From NCBI GenBank assembly GCA_045536095.1, contig JAZSMW010000121.1, positions 1-35,833 of the forward strand: a stretch of 35,833 nt of DNA, read 5' to 3'. Source of the DNA: Clostridia bacterium (GTDB lineage Bacteria > Bacillota > Clostridia > Christensenellales > UBA1242). This document shows positions 1-9,008 of the stretch, in pieces. A program made the translations under genes and the position numbers. Positions within the stretch are counted from its first letter, which is position 1. The number at the start of each line of letters is the position of its first letter. The notes under the pieces were generated by a model, which saw nothing but the letters and a program-made list of their open reading frames with translations, had not been told where the DNA came from and ran no database searches.

Positions 1-1212
1 ATTAAAATTCTGTATTAATAAAATTGATACAAGCGTTTTAATGCATACACCACAAAATAGTGACAATGTTGCATACCCTGCCCTACCTATGGCTTGCAAA
101 ATTGAATTTGTAATAGTCACAAAGCATAAAAAAAACATCTCAAACATGGAAAATTTTAGCAACACATTTGCAACATTAAATAAATCGGCCGAAAGGGTTG
201 GATACAAAATTTGTAAAATATTCTCAGAGAGTATAAACATCCCTACCATACAAGGAAAAATTAAGATGTATGTAAATTTTATCATTAAGTGGATTTTTTC
301 GCCTAACTGATTTACCTTATTAAGATTAAAACACAAAATTGGCATAGCTGATAAAGCAATGGCAACAATAAGCACATTTGGCAAGTTAATTAAAGGGATT
401 ATCATTCCCGACTCTATTCCAAACAGGCTAGTTGAATAACTGGGCAAATACCCACATTTATTTAATAAGTTTACAACTAGTAAAGAGTCTATTAATGAAC
501 TTAATGGAAAAATTCCACTACTTAAACTTATTGGTACACATTCTTTAAAAAAACTAAAACAATCGTAAGATGTTACTTTTGCTTTATTTATTTTGCTCTT
601 AGAAATTACTACAAAATATATTAAACTCAACATTTCGCTTATAGACACACCTATTAAAGCACCTATTACTCCATATAATATTCCCTTTTTAATTAAAATG
701 GCAGAAAGAGTTAACCCCAATAGCAGTTTAAAAAACTGCTCCATAACTTGGCTAATTGCTGTAGGAAACATATTTGCATGCCCTTGATAATACCCCCTAT
801 ACACACTTAGCATGCATGCAAATATAAAACCAATAGAAATTGCTAAATGTCCATATGTTGCGTTTGCATTTCCTTGTAATAATGCAATTGGATAAGCCAG
901 CATTACAATTAAAAGAAAAAATACACTCCCCAAAATAAGTGCTATTTTTTTTGCAACAGCAAAATTTTTATTTTTTTGAAAAGCCGTATTTTCTGCAATA
1001 CAATATGCCGTTTTTTTTGTTAGTATAACACTTATTCCTCCCGTAATTATTACCAGTAAAAAAGAATATATAGGAAATGCCATTTGATACAACCCAATAC
1101 CCTCTGTTCCCAAAATATTTGACAAGGGTATTTTATATACAGCCCCTATAATTTTTCCAAAAATATTTGATATAAACAGAACTGCCGCTCCGTTAACATA
1201 AAAAGATTTCAC
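1..1212 (-). CDS. MOP-superfamily flippase (SpoVB/MurJ-like polysaccharide biosynthesis protein). N-terminal ~404 codons only; the gene continues beyond the left window edge.
   Basis: Hand translation of the minus strand gives an unbroken frame from GTG at 1212 to base 1. It is absent from the ORF track because no stop lies in the window. The sequence begins VKSFYVNGAAVLFISNIFGKIIGAVYKIPLSNILGTEGIGLYQMAFPIYSFLLVIITGG... and is hydrophobic and multi-pass throughout. An in-frame TAG lies 12 codons upstream of the GTG. Confidence 0.7.
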   Translation of the reverse strand, partial: MKSFYVNGAAVLFISNIFGKIIGAVYKIPLSNILGTEGIGLYQMAFPIYSFLLVIITGGISVILTKKTAYCIAENTAFQKNKNFAVAKKIALILGSVFFLLIVMLAYPIALLQGNANATYGHLAISIGFIFACMLSVYRGYYQGHANMFPTAISQVMEQFFKLLLGLTLSAILIKKGILYGVIGALIGVSISEMLSLIYFVVISKSKINKAKVTSYDCFSFFKECVPISLSSGIFPLSSLIDSLLVVNLLNKCGYLPSYSTSLFGIESGMIIPLINLPNVLIVAIALSAMPILCFNLNKVNQLGEKIHLMIKFTYILIFPCMVGMFILSENILQILYPTLSADLFNVANVLLKFSMFEMFFLCFVTITNSILQAIGRAGYATLSLFCGVCIKTLVSILLIQNFN

Positions 1213-1330
1213 ATTATTATGTTTATTTTTTTTAATTTTTTTATACTATTTTTGTTTCAACTATTTACAAACAAAAAGTTTGGTGATAAAATAACAACGA
1301 AAACTAAAAAGACAGCTTTAGGAGGCAAAT

Positions 1331-1861
1331 ATGAGTGTTATTATTAGTGCACCGCTAGAAGATAATGAGTATTGTCCAAGCCAACAATTAGGTAGGGCTT
1401 TTGATATTATTAGCAAAATGTTTTATTATAAAACAACTTATTCTCTTGCAAAAATAAAAAACGAACCAATTGATGAGGGCTACAATTTAGACAATATTGG
1501 TGTTTTTAATGATTTTGCCACTGAGATTATAACTAATATATCTGATAGAGGCTTACAAAGTTATTTAATCCGTTGCCTACGTGAAATAAGAAAAAATAAT
1601 TTAAAAGTAAATACGGTTAAATCATCTTATAACTACTTACAAAATCTGCTTACACCTAACGAACCAGGCAATTTGCTTTTGCGCGATTTAATTACATATA
1701 ATAACGGTAATGCTTTTATAGATTTTGCCTCTATTTTTAAATCGTGTAACACTTATGCCGTTACATCTCAAAGTGAAATTGGTAAAGAAATTTCAGATTT
1801 TTGCCAAAGAAGAGGTGCCGAAATTAGTGAGGCAAAATATCCATTTAGAAGGTTTAGTTAA
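1331..1861 (+). CDS. Hypothetical protein (176 aa)
   Basis: ORF track. A strong RBS (AGGAGG) lies 5 nt before the ATG. I recognise no family. Confidence 0.55.
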   Translation: MSVIISAPLEDNEYCPSQQLGRAFDIISKMFYYKTTYSLAKIKNEPIDEGYNLDNIGVFNDFATEIITNISDRGLQSYLIRCLREIRKNNLKVNTVKSSYNYLQNLLTPNEPGNLLLRDLITYNNGNAFIDFASIFKSCNTYAVTSQSEIGKEISDFCQRRGAEISEAKYPFRRFS

Positions 1862-1873
1862 TTATATTTTTTA

Positions 1874-2037
1874 TTAAAATAGCACCAAAAAATTTAAACA
1901 AGTTAAATTTTAATCATTCATAAATGAATGCTTTCTTGCTAATCGCTAGTGTTGGTGTTTTTTTAATGCGGGCGGAAATACTGTTTCAAACTTGCAAGTA
2001 AACTTGCGTCTAGAGATATTTCCTCCTACATAAAAAA
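1874..2037 (+). repeat. Terminator-adjacent structured repeat, copy A (head type 1)
   Basis: It shares the AACACCAA...TTGGTGTT head, the AATGCGGGCGG linker, the GGAAATA...TATTTCC long hairpin and the CTACATAAAAAA tail with the other copies. Its 3' end abuts the hairpin at 2036-2069. Confidence 0.85.
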
Positions 2038-2075
2038 GTTGCAATTTGTGAAAAACCCAAATGCAACTTTTTTTG
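2032..2075. terminator. Bidirectional rho-independent terminator (rsuA-like gene / upstream + strand ORF)
   Basis: The stem is AAGTTGCA (2036-2043) / TGCAACTT (2062-2069), flanked by an A-run and a T-run. Confidence 0.6.
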
Positions 2076-2104
2076 ATTATTTTTTGTATTTTATATTTTC
2101 TAAA

Positions 2105-2812
2105 TTATAAATTTTTAATTAATTGTTCTACCTCTAGATTTGTTAATTCTCTAAATTCACCTCTTTGTAGAGTTGGATCTAGTTCTAATGCACCAAAATT
2201 TGTTCTTTCTAAAAACGTTATTTTATTCCCAACAGCCCCAAACATCCGTTTAATTTCATGGTACTTTCCTTCGGTTAACTGAATATAACCCCTGTTTTTT
2301 TCTTTCATATGAATTCTACACGGTTTTGTCACATAACCATCTTTTAACAAAATTCCCGCTTCAATTTTATGCTCATTGTGTTTTGTTAATTCTTCGGCAC
2401 ATTCAAAATAATAAACCTTGCTTACATGTTTTTTTGGGGCAAGTAATTTATGCGCTGATATTCCATCATTTGTTAATATAACTAAACCTAACGTGTCTTT
2501 ATCTAATCTCCCACATGGAAAAAGCCCCATTTTTTTATACTTTTGAGGTAGCAAATCTAAAACGGTTTTTTGTCTAGCATCTTCGGTAGCACTAACAACT
2601 CCGCTTGGTTTGTTTAGCATTATATAAACGTATTTATTGTAATTTATTACCTGACCGTTATAAATAACTTTTGCAGTTTGTTCGTTAATTTTACAATCAG
2701 GCTTTTTTATTATTTCACCATCTACTGTAACTCGCCCCTTTTTTATTTCTGCATTTGCTTCAGACCGTGAAAGTGTTGCTGTTTCGGTGAAAAATTTATC
2801 TAATCTAATCAT
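2105..2812 (-). CDS. rsuA: Pseudouridine synthase, RsuA/RluB family, with an N-terminal S4 domain
   Basis: It has the N-terminal S4-like segment MIRLDKFF...LSRSEA...I..G.V.V.G and the catalytic motif GRLDKDTLGLVILTNDG. The size (235 aa) fits RsuA. Confidence 0.85.
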   Translation of the reverse strand: MIRLDKFFTETATLSRSEANAEIKKGRVTVDGEIIKKPDCKINEQTAKVIYNGQVINYNKYVYIMLNKPSGVVSATEDARQKTVLDLLPQKYKKMGLFPCGRLDKDTLGLVILTNDGISAHKLLAPKKHVSKVYYFECAEELTKHNEHKIEAGILLKDGYVTKPCRIHMKEKNRGYIQLTEGKYHEIKRMFGAVGNKITFLERTNFGALELDPTLQRGEFRELTNLEVEQLIKNL

Positions 2813-4972
2813 CTAGTCCTCTTGTTGACAATCCTTTATTGTTAATTGAATTCTCTTTTTTTGAACATCTACCGAAAGTACTTTAACATTTAGTTGTTGT
2901 CCAACTGTTAGTTCTTCTGATGGATGCTTAATGTATTTATTAGATATTTGTGAAATATGAACTAAACCATCTTGATGAACACCAATATCTACAAACGCAC
3001 CAAAGTCTATTACATTACGAACTGTTCCTTTAATTATCATACCCTCTTTTAAATCTTCTAGCCCCAAAAGTTCTGCTCTAAGTACTGGTTTTGGCATATC
3101 TTCACGAATGTCTCTTCCCGGCTTAGAAAGTTCTTTAACCATATCTATAAGTGTTGGAACACCAACCCCAATTTCTGTTGCAACTTTTTCTTCGCCTTTT
3201 AGTTTTACTAAGCTAGAAAGCGTTTCTAAGTTACCCTCTTTAACATCTTGATCTGTCAAGCTAAATAATTTTAAAAGCTTTTGTGCACTTTCATAACTTT
3301 CTGGATGCACAGCGGTGTTGTCTAACACGTTTTGTCCGTCAACAATTCTTAAAAAGCCCGCACACTGTTCATATGCCTTTGGCCCAAGTTTTTTTACCTT
3401 TAAAAGCTGTTCTCTATTAGTAAAATTATTAATTTCCTTACGATACTCACATATGTTTTTTGCAATAGACGAATTAAGCCCTGAAACATAAGATAAAAGG
3501 CTAGGCGATGCTGTGTTTAAGTCTACACCAACACTATTAACGCAATCTTCTACCACGCCTGTTAATACCTCTGTTAAACGGTTTTGCGGCATGTCGTGTT
3601 GATATTGTCCAACGCCAATAGATTTTACATCTATTTTAATTAATTCTGCAAGAGGATCTTGAAGCCTACGAGCAATAGAAACGGCACTTCTTAAATTAAC
3701 ATCAAAGTCTGGAAATTCTTCGGCGCCCAATTTACTTGCCGAATAAACAGACGCTCCGGCTTCATTTACCATTGCGTAATTTAATTTACGATTTACTTGC
3801 TTAATTAATTCGCATATAAAAATTTCAGATTCTTTACTTGCTGTTCCATTACCAACAGCAACAATGTCCACATTGTGTTTTTCTACTAACGCCTTAAGTT
3901 TAATTAATGATTCTTCTGTTTTATTAAATGGTGGGGTTGGATAAACAACTGTTGTGTCTAATACTTCTCCGTGAGAATCAATTATGGCAACTTTACATCC
4001 CATTCTGTAACCAGGATCAAAACCCATAATAACATTATTTTTTAATGGTGACTGTAAAAGTAATGGCTTTAAATTTACTTCAAACATTTTAATTGCTTGC
4101 TCGCTTGCAAAATCGGTTAATTCATTTCTGCACTCATTTTCTAAACTAGGGAATAGCAACCTTTTATAACTGTCGGCAATAACCTCTTCCATAATTTCTT
4201 TTGTTGTTGAATTTGGTTTAATGTATGCATTAGATATTTCAGTTAATGCCAATTGCTCCTCTAATTGAATACTAACCTTTAAACACTCTTCATTCTCTCC
4301 CCTATTTATTGCTAAAATTCTATGACTAGGGATGCTTTTTACAGGTTCTGAGTGTTCTGCATACATTTCATACACTTCGCTGCCCTCTTTTTCTACTAAA
4401 GTGGTGCAAATTTGTGCATGATTTTTTATAACTTCTCTTAAAGTTTTTCTAAGTTCACTATCATCTGATATTCGCTCTGCAATGATATCTTTTGCCCCTG
4501 CAAGAGCCTCTTCTACAGAGTTGACTTCCTTTTCTTCGTTTACAAATGCTTGAGCAACTTGCAAAATGTCTTGAGTTTCTTCTTGCTGTTGCAAAATATC
4601 TGCAAGAGGTTCTAGCCCTTTTGCGATAGCAACACTTGCTCTTGTTTTACGTTTTGGCTTATATGGCCTATAAATATCTTCTACTTCGGTTAATGTTTTT
4701 GCTTCCTTTAACTTTTGCTCTAATTCTTCGGTCCATTTTTCTTGCTCTTTTATAGAATTTTCTACCTCGCCCTTTCTTTTTTCGAGGTTTCTTAAATAAT
4801 TTAATCTATCTGAAAATTCTCTTAAAACTTGATCATCACATGAACCATGCATTTCCTTTCTATATCTTGCAATAAATGGGATTGTGCACCCCTCATCTAA
4901 TAAAGTTATTATGTTTTGAACATACTCCGTTTTTAAACTAAATTCTTCGCTTAATGTATTTACTATTTCCAT
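2813..4972 (-). CDS. tex: Tex transcription accessory protein (YqgF-like and HhH domains, C-terminal S1 domain)
   Basis: The N-terminus carries TIPFIARYRKEMHG. The C-terminus has an S1 motif, GMIIKGTVRNVIDFGAFVDIGVHQDGLVHISQIS. The length is 719 aa. Confidence 0.92.
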   Translation of the reverse strand: MEIVNTLSEEFSLKTEYVQNIITLLDEGCTIPFIARYRKEMHGSCDDQVLREFSDRLNYLRNLEKRKGEVENSIKEQEKWTEELEQKLKEAKTLTEVEDIYRPYKPKRKTRASVAIAKGLEPLADILQQQEETQDILQVAQAFVNEEKEVNSVEEALAGAKDIIAERISDDSELRKTLREVIKNHAQICTTLVEKEGSEVYEMYAEHSEPVKSIPSHRILAINRGENEECLKVSIQLEEQLALTEISNAYIKPNSTTKEIMEEVIADSYKRLLFPSLENECRNELTDFASEQAIKMFEVNLKPLLLQSPLKNNVIMGFDPGYRMGCKVAIIDSHGEVLDTTVVYPTPPFNKTEESLIKLKALVEKHNVDIVAVGNGTASKESEIFICELIKQVNRKLNYAMVNEAGASVYSASKLGAEEFPDFDVNLRSAVSIARRLQDPLAELIKIDVKSIGVGQYQHDMPQNRLTEVLTGVVEDCVNSVGVDLNTASPSLLSYVSGLNSSIAKNICEYRKEINNFTNREQLLKVKKLGPKAYEQCAGFLRIVDGQNVLDNTAVHPESYESAQKLLKLFSLTDQDVKEGNLETLSSLVKLKGEEKVATEIGVGVPTLIDMVKELSKPGRDIREDMPKPVLRAELLGLEDLKEGMIIKGTVRNVIDFGAFVDIGVHQDGLVHISQISNKYIKHPSEELTVGQQLNVKVLSVDVQKKRIQLTIKDCQQED

Positions 4973-4990
4973 TTTTGTAACAATTTCCTT

Positions 4991-6277
4991 TTATTTTTCT
5001 AGTTTATTTCTTATTTCATTTGCTTTTTTTATTATTGTTTGTATATTTTCGCCTATGTTAAACTCGCCATTTTTATACAGAACTTTACCATTTACCATTG
5101 TAAAATATACATCACTACCTCTTGCACTATACACAAGGTTAGAAACAATATTTTTTTCTGGTTGCATATGAGGGTCCTTTATATTTACCAAAATTATATC
5201 AGCATTTTTACCAGCCTTAATTTCACCAGAGTTAATTTGAAGTGCTTTAGCGCCATTAATTGTGGCCATTTTTAGCACATCCCTCGCGCTTACCACACTA
5301 GCATCGTATAAGCTAACCTTAGAAAGTGTTGCAACTAAAAACATCTCTTTAAACATGTCTAAACAGTTGTTACTTGCTGCACCATCTGTTCCTATTGCAA
5401 TGTTTAACCCTTTGTTCTGCATTGCATAAACTGGGGCAATTCCACTTGCCAGTTTTATGTTAGAAGACGGACATGTTGCAACATCTACATCATAGTCTGC
5501 CAAAATTTGCAAATCGTCTTTATCCATATGAACACAATGATATGCTAAACACTTTCGATCTAAGTATCCCATTTTTTCTAAAAGCGCTGGTGGAGTAAGC
5601 CCTCCATTTTTTGCCGTGCAATCTCCTACCTCTTTTAACGTTTCAGACAAATGTATGCTAAGAGACAAATTATAATCATTAGCAAATTTTAACATTTGTT
5701 CAAAAATTTCGTCGCTTATTGTATATATGGCATGCGCAAAACATGCACAAGTTATTAACCCATTTTTATCTTTTTGCTTCAGCATACTAAAGGTTTGCTT
5801 TAAATTTTCATAATAATTTGTACTATTTGAACCTTGAATTCTTGGCCCTATTCCAATTCTTGCCCTAATGCCAGATTTAGCAATAGCATCTGCCATAGCA
5901 TCAAAGTGGAAATACCCTTCTTCCAGAGTTGTAATTCCATTTTTAACACATTCGGCAATACCCAGCATTTCTGCCCAATAAATGTCCTGCTTGGTCATTT
6001 GTTGTTCTATTGGAACAACGCCATCAAACAACCACTCGTTTAAATTAACATCATCTTTTACGCCTCTTAAAATTGCCATGGGTGTGTGCGCATGTGCATT
6101 AATAAAGCCCGGCATTAAAACATTTCCACTAACGTCTATTTGTTCGTCAAAATCTCCATCCGGAAGGCTTTCTCCCGCATACTCAATAATATTATTATTA
6201 ACAACAACATATCCGTTATAATATCCGTTTGAATGATCTAAATTTAACACTTTTGCATTTTTAAATAATGTTCTCAA
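4991..6277 (-). CDS. mtaD: Amidohydrolase, 5-methylthioadenosine/S-adenosylhomocysteine deaminase-like
   Basis: It has the metal-binding motif MPGFINAHAHTPMAILRG..DD..L.EWL, plus HLSET and GTDGAASNN motifs typical of the MtaD/chlorohydrolase family. The start codon is TTG. Confidence 0.8.
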   Translation of the reverse strand: MRTLFKNAKVLNLDHSNGYYNGYVVVNNNIIEYAGESLPDGDFDEQIDVSGNVLMPGFINAHAHTPMAILRGVKDDVNLNEWLFDGVVPIEQQMTKQDIYWAEMLGIAECVKNGITTLEEGYFHFDAMADAIAKSGIRARIGIGPRIQGSNSTNYYENLKQTFSMLKQKDKNGLITCACFAHAIYTISDEIFEQMLKFANDYNLSLSIHLSETLKEVGDCTAKNGGLTPPALLEKMGYLDRKCLAYHCVHMDKDDLQILADYDVDVATCPSSNIKLASGIAPVYAMQNKGLNIAIGTDGAASNNCLDMFKEMFLVATLSKVSLYDASVVSARDVLKMATINGAKALQINSGEIKAGKNADIILVNIKDPHMQPEKNIVSNLVYSARGSDVYFTMVNGKVLYKNGEFNIGENIQTIIKKANEIRNKLEK

Positions 6278-6342
6278 AAAAAATACCCACTTTTTTATAA
6301 AATTGCTTTTATTTGTCTTATTTTAGTTGTATAATACAAAAT

Positions 6343-6356
6343 AGAACATTTGTTCT
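6343..6356 (+). promoter_or_regulatory. LexA (Cheo/SOS) box upstream of dinB
   Basis: The sequence aGAACATTTGTTCt matches the Firmicute GAAC-N4-GTTC consensus. It lies 8 nt downstream of a TATAAT at 6330-6335 and 63 nt upstream of the dinB ATG. Confidence 0.75.
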
Positions 6357-6418
6357 TGTTTTGGTTATTTCTTACTAAAACATGATGTATATTACCATAA
6401 AACAAGGGGGTTTGGCAA

Positions 6419-7636
6419 ATGAAAGAGCGAGTTATCTTCCATTGTGACGCAAATAGTTTTTATGCTTCTGTTGAAATTGCAAATAATAAAAACTTAACAG
6501 GAAAACCTGTTGCTGTAACTGGCAACCCAGAAAAAAGAACAGGCATTATTTTAACTAGAAGCCTTGAAGCAAAAAAATATGGTGTTGAAACCGGTGAAGC
6601 AATTTGGCAGGCAAAGCTTAAATGCCCAAACCTTGTTTGCGTACCACCAAATCACGCTCTGTATGCGGAATATTCTAAAAATCTACGCAAAATATATGAG
6701 AAATATACCGACCGTGTAGAAAGTTTTGGAATTGACGAGTGCTGGCTTGATATGACCGATAGTTTAAAGTTTTTTGGTTCTGCAAAAGAAGTTGCCGACA
6801 AAATAAGAGAAGATGTAAAAACCACTCTTAACATAACAATATCTGTTGGAGTTAGTTTTGGAAAACTTTTAGCAAAACTCGGTTCAGACATAAAAAAACC
6901 AGACGCAACAACAATTATAGACAAACACAACTTTAAACAAATTGTTTATCCATTACCCATAACCTCAATAATAGGAATTGGGAAACGCCTAAATAAGCGA
7001 TACAACAAAATAGGCGTTTTTAAACTTGGGGAAATAATAGATATTCCCGATAGCGTTTTAAAGAAAAACTTTGGAATTTTAGGACTACAACTAAAACAAA
7101 AACTTTTGGGCAACGATTATGACGAAGTAAAAAAATGCAATGATATATCGGCCCCTAAAAGCATTGGAAACGGAACTACAACAATAAAAGATGTATACAC
7201 TCGGGACGAAATAATGGGTGTTGTTACTGCTCTTTGTGAAGAAATTTCTACCAGATTAAGAGCAGAAAACTTTAATGCTGGAAGTGTTTCTGTCACTATT
7301 AAAACCGCAGATTTTCGTTATATTCATGAAACCTCACGACTTTTATTTAAAACAAACACAAATTTAGATCTCTGTAATTGTTGTATGCGTTTAATTGATT
7401 CTTTTTGGAAATATGGAACCGCAGTAAGAGCAATAAGAATTTGCACATACAACTTAAGTAGTTGCAATGAAACTCAATTAAACATGTTTAGCAATTCTCT
7501 TAAAAATTCCAACCTAAACAGTGCCCTAGATAAAATTAGAAACAAATATGGATACTATTCTATTACTCCCCTATCACTTGCAAAATCCACAGTTTTAGAT
7601 CTATCCAGAGTAGAAACAACCCCGCCCCGAACATAA
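6419..7636 (+). CDS. dinB: DNA polymerase IV (Y-family translesion polymerase)
   Basis: The N-terminus reads ERVIFHCDANSFYASVE and the ...GIDECWLDMT motif is present. An RBS (AAGGGGG) and an upstream SOS box support the call. Confidence 0.9.
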   Translation: MKERVIFHCDANSFYASVEIANNKNLTGKPVAVTGNPEKRTGIILTRSLEAKKYGVETGEAIWQAKLKCPNLVCVPPNHALYAEYSKNLRKIYEKYTDRVESFGIDECWLDMTDSLKFFGSAKEVADKIREDVKTTLNITISVGVSFGKLLAKLGSDIKKPDATTIIDKHNFKQIVYPLPITSIIGIGKRLNKRYNKIGVFKLGEIIDIPDSVLKKNFGILGLQLKQKLLGNDYDEVKKCNDISAPKSIGNGTTTIKDVYTRDEIMGVVTALCEEISTRLRAENFNAGSVSVTIKTADFRYIHETSRLLFKTNTNLDLCNCCMRLIDSFWKYGTAVRAIRICTYNLSSCNETQLNMFSNSLKNSNLNSALDKIRNKYGYYSITPLSLAKSTVLDLSRVETTPPRT

Positions 7637-7796
7637 AAAACCATCGCAATTTTAAATAAATTTAAAATTATGCATTTGTTCCACAAATACACTTTTGCTA
7701 TTCACAAAAGCGATGGCCCTTTGGTACGGGCGGAAATACTGCTTCAAACTTGCAAGTAAACTTGCGTTTAACGATATTTCCTACTACATAAAAAAA
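7633..7796 (+). repeat. Terminator-adjacent structured repeat, copy B (head type 2)
   Basis: It has the CCATCGC...GCGATGG head, the TGGTACGGGCGG linker, the GGAAATA...TATTTCC hairpin and the CTACTACATAAAAAAA tail. Its 5' ATAAAAAA overlaps the dinB stop codon (7634-7636). Confidence 0.9.
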
Positions 7797-7816
7797 CAGG
7801 AGAAACTCCTGTTTTA
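7790..7816 (-). terminator. Rho-independent terminator of the 7814-8872 gene
   Basis: The stem-loop ACAGGAG-AAA-CTCCTGT (7796-7812) starts 1 nt after the stop codon. The U-tract corresponds to the A-run at 7790-7796. Confidence 0.75.
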
Positions 7817-8872
7817 TCTACCCCTGTCTCTTTCATCAACCCTTGGAGGCAAATTATTTCTTTGCTTATTTTGATCAACCCACTCACCCAAAAACGAAGA
7901 ATAATCGTTTTCGGCCTCTAAATTATTCTTTTTTGTTCTTGTAGGTTTAGGCTTAAATTCTCTTGGAACATCCTTACTTGGGGTGGCAGGTTTAACCGCA
8001 GCACTCCCCTTAGAACCTCCCTTTTTCTTTTTTTTGTCGGCCTTTTTGTCTTTTCCTGCCTTCTTTTTTTTCTTTTTATCATCACTCTTTTTTTTCTTTT
8101 GAGCTGTAACAACCTCTTCTGGTGCCATAATTTTTACATTTTTAATAGCACTTAAATATGCCTCTTGAAGTAAAATCATTTTATCTAACACTGGGCCTGC
8201 AAAAACATCTTTATTTTTTAAAAGCATAGAATCTATCATTAATTTTAATTCACGCCAATATTTTTTATCGGCTTTGGTTAATTTTTTTAATTCTATTCTT
8301 TTTTTAAGTTCTAATAAAAATTGTTGTCCATAAGGGCCTGCAGTTTTAATTAATGCAAGCATTTTTAAAACATATGCCTTGTCTGCAGGAATAGAAGCCA
8401 TCAGCATTGCCTCATAATGCATTTTTAATTTTTTAAGGCGTTCTTGAATTTTTAAAAGGGTTGCATTGTCAATATCTACCCCCTCAGACTCGTCTTGTGC
8501 GTAAAGATGAAACGCCTTTTTAATTTCAATAAAAAAGTTTGCATCATTTTTTAAAACAACGCTATGCACATAAGTTTGTAAATCTTTATCTATAAAGCCT
8601 AAAGTGCTTTTTTCTAACACAAACAAGCCTGCTCTTTTTTGGTTGTTTTCTCCATCTTGTATATATACAACAAATTTAAGTTTTGCATCACCAACCTTGG
8701 CAGTTGCCAAAATTTTATTGTCAGAAAATGAATCTATAATTTTATTACATATAATAAGCTCTTGAATAATATCTTGATCAATAACATAGTTATCATCAGC
8801 ATCAAAAAAACCTAAAAGGCCACTGGCCTCTGCATCTAAATTTTTTAAATAATTTATATACTTTTTGTTCAT
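7814..8872 (-). CDS. Hypothetical protein with an extremely lysine-rich C-terminal tail (352 aa)
   Basis: ORF track. The first ~250 residues look helical, followed by KKKKSDDKKKKKKAGKDKKADKKKKKGGSKGS... I recognise no family. Confidence 0.6.
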   Translation of the reverse strand: MNKKYINYLKNLDAEASGLLGFFDADDNYVIDQDIIQELIICNKIIDSFSDNKILATAKVGDAKLKFVVYIQDGENNQKRAGLFVLEKSTLGFIDKDLQTYVHSVVLKNDANFFIEIKKAFHLYAQDESEGVDIDNATLLKIQERLKKLKMHYEAMLMASIPADKAYVLKMLALIKTAGPYGQQFLLELKKRIELKKLTKADKKYWRELKLMIDSMLLKNKDVFAGPVLDKMILLQEAYLSAIKNVKIMAPEEVVTAQKKKKSDDKKKKKKAGKDKKADKKKKKGGSKGSAAVKPATPSKDVPREFKPKPTRTKKNNLEAENDYSSFLGEWVDQNKQRNNLPPRVDERDRGR

Positions 8873-8880
8873 ATGGATTT

Positions 8881-8909
8881 ATTATATAATATATTGTTAC
8901 TTTTTGCAA
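8881..8909 (-). promoter_or_regulatory. Sigma-A-type promoter of the 7814-8872 gene, probably giving a leaderless mRNA
   Basis: On the minus strand the sequence reads TTGCAA (8909-8904), a 17-nt spacer, then TATAAT (8886-8881). Only 8 nt (AAATCCAT) separate the -10 from the ATG at 8872, and no SD sequence is present. Confidence 0.55.
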
Positions 8910-8952
8910 GTATTATTTAATAGGCCCCTAGAAAAATCCTTTTAAATTTTTA

Positions 8953-9008
8953 TAAAGTGTTTCAAGCTTGCAAGTAAACTTGCGTCTAGAGATATTTCCT
9001 ACTAAATA
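8953..9008 (+). repeat. Truncated repeat copy C' (tail hairpin module only)
   Basis: The sequence AGTGTTTCAAGCTTGCAAGTAAACTTGCGTCTAGAGATATTTCCTACTAAAT matches the 3' module of copies A and C. It lacks the GCGGGCGGAAATA 5' arm and is fused directly to copy C. Confidence 0.8.

Noticed and set aside
41-787. + strand ORFs at 41-310 and 593-787. Similar antisense ORFs occur inside mtaD (5039-6221), dinB (6652-6930), the DUF4132-like gene (11432-12405), ileS, portal and pyk.
   Set aside because: All lie antisense to long, well-supported genes, lack an RBS and have low-complexity composition typical of AT-rich shadow ORFs.
7918-8112. An alternative-frame 64-aa ORF inside the lysine-rich region, and the 9873-10103 ORF inside rplU.
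   Set aside because: These are frame-shifted readings of A/G-rich or highly expressed coding sequence. The overlapping main frames are much longer or clearly conserved.
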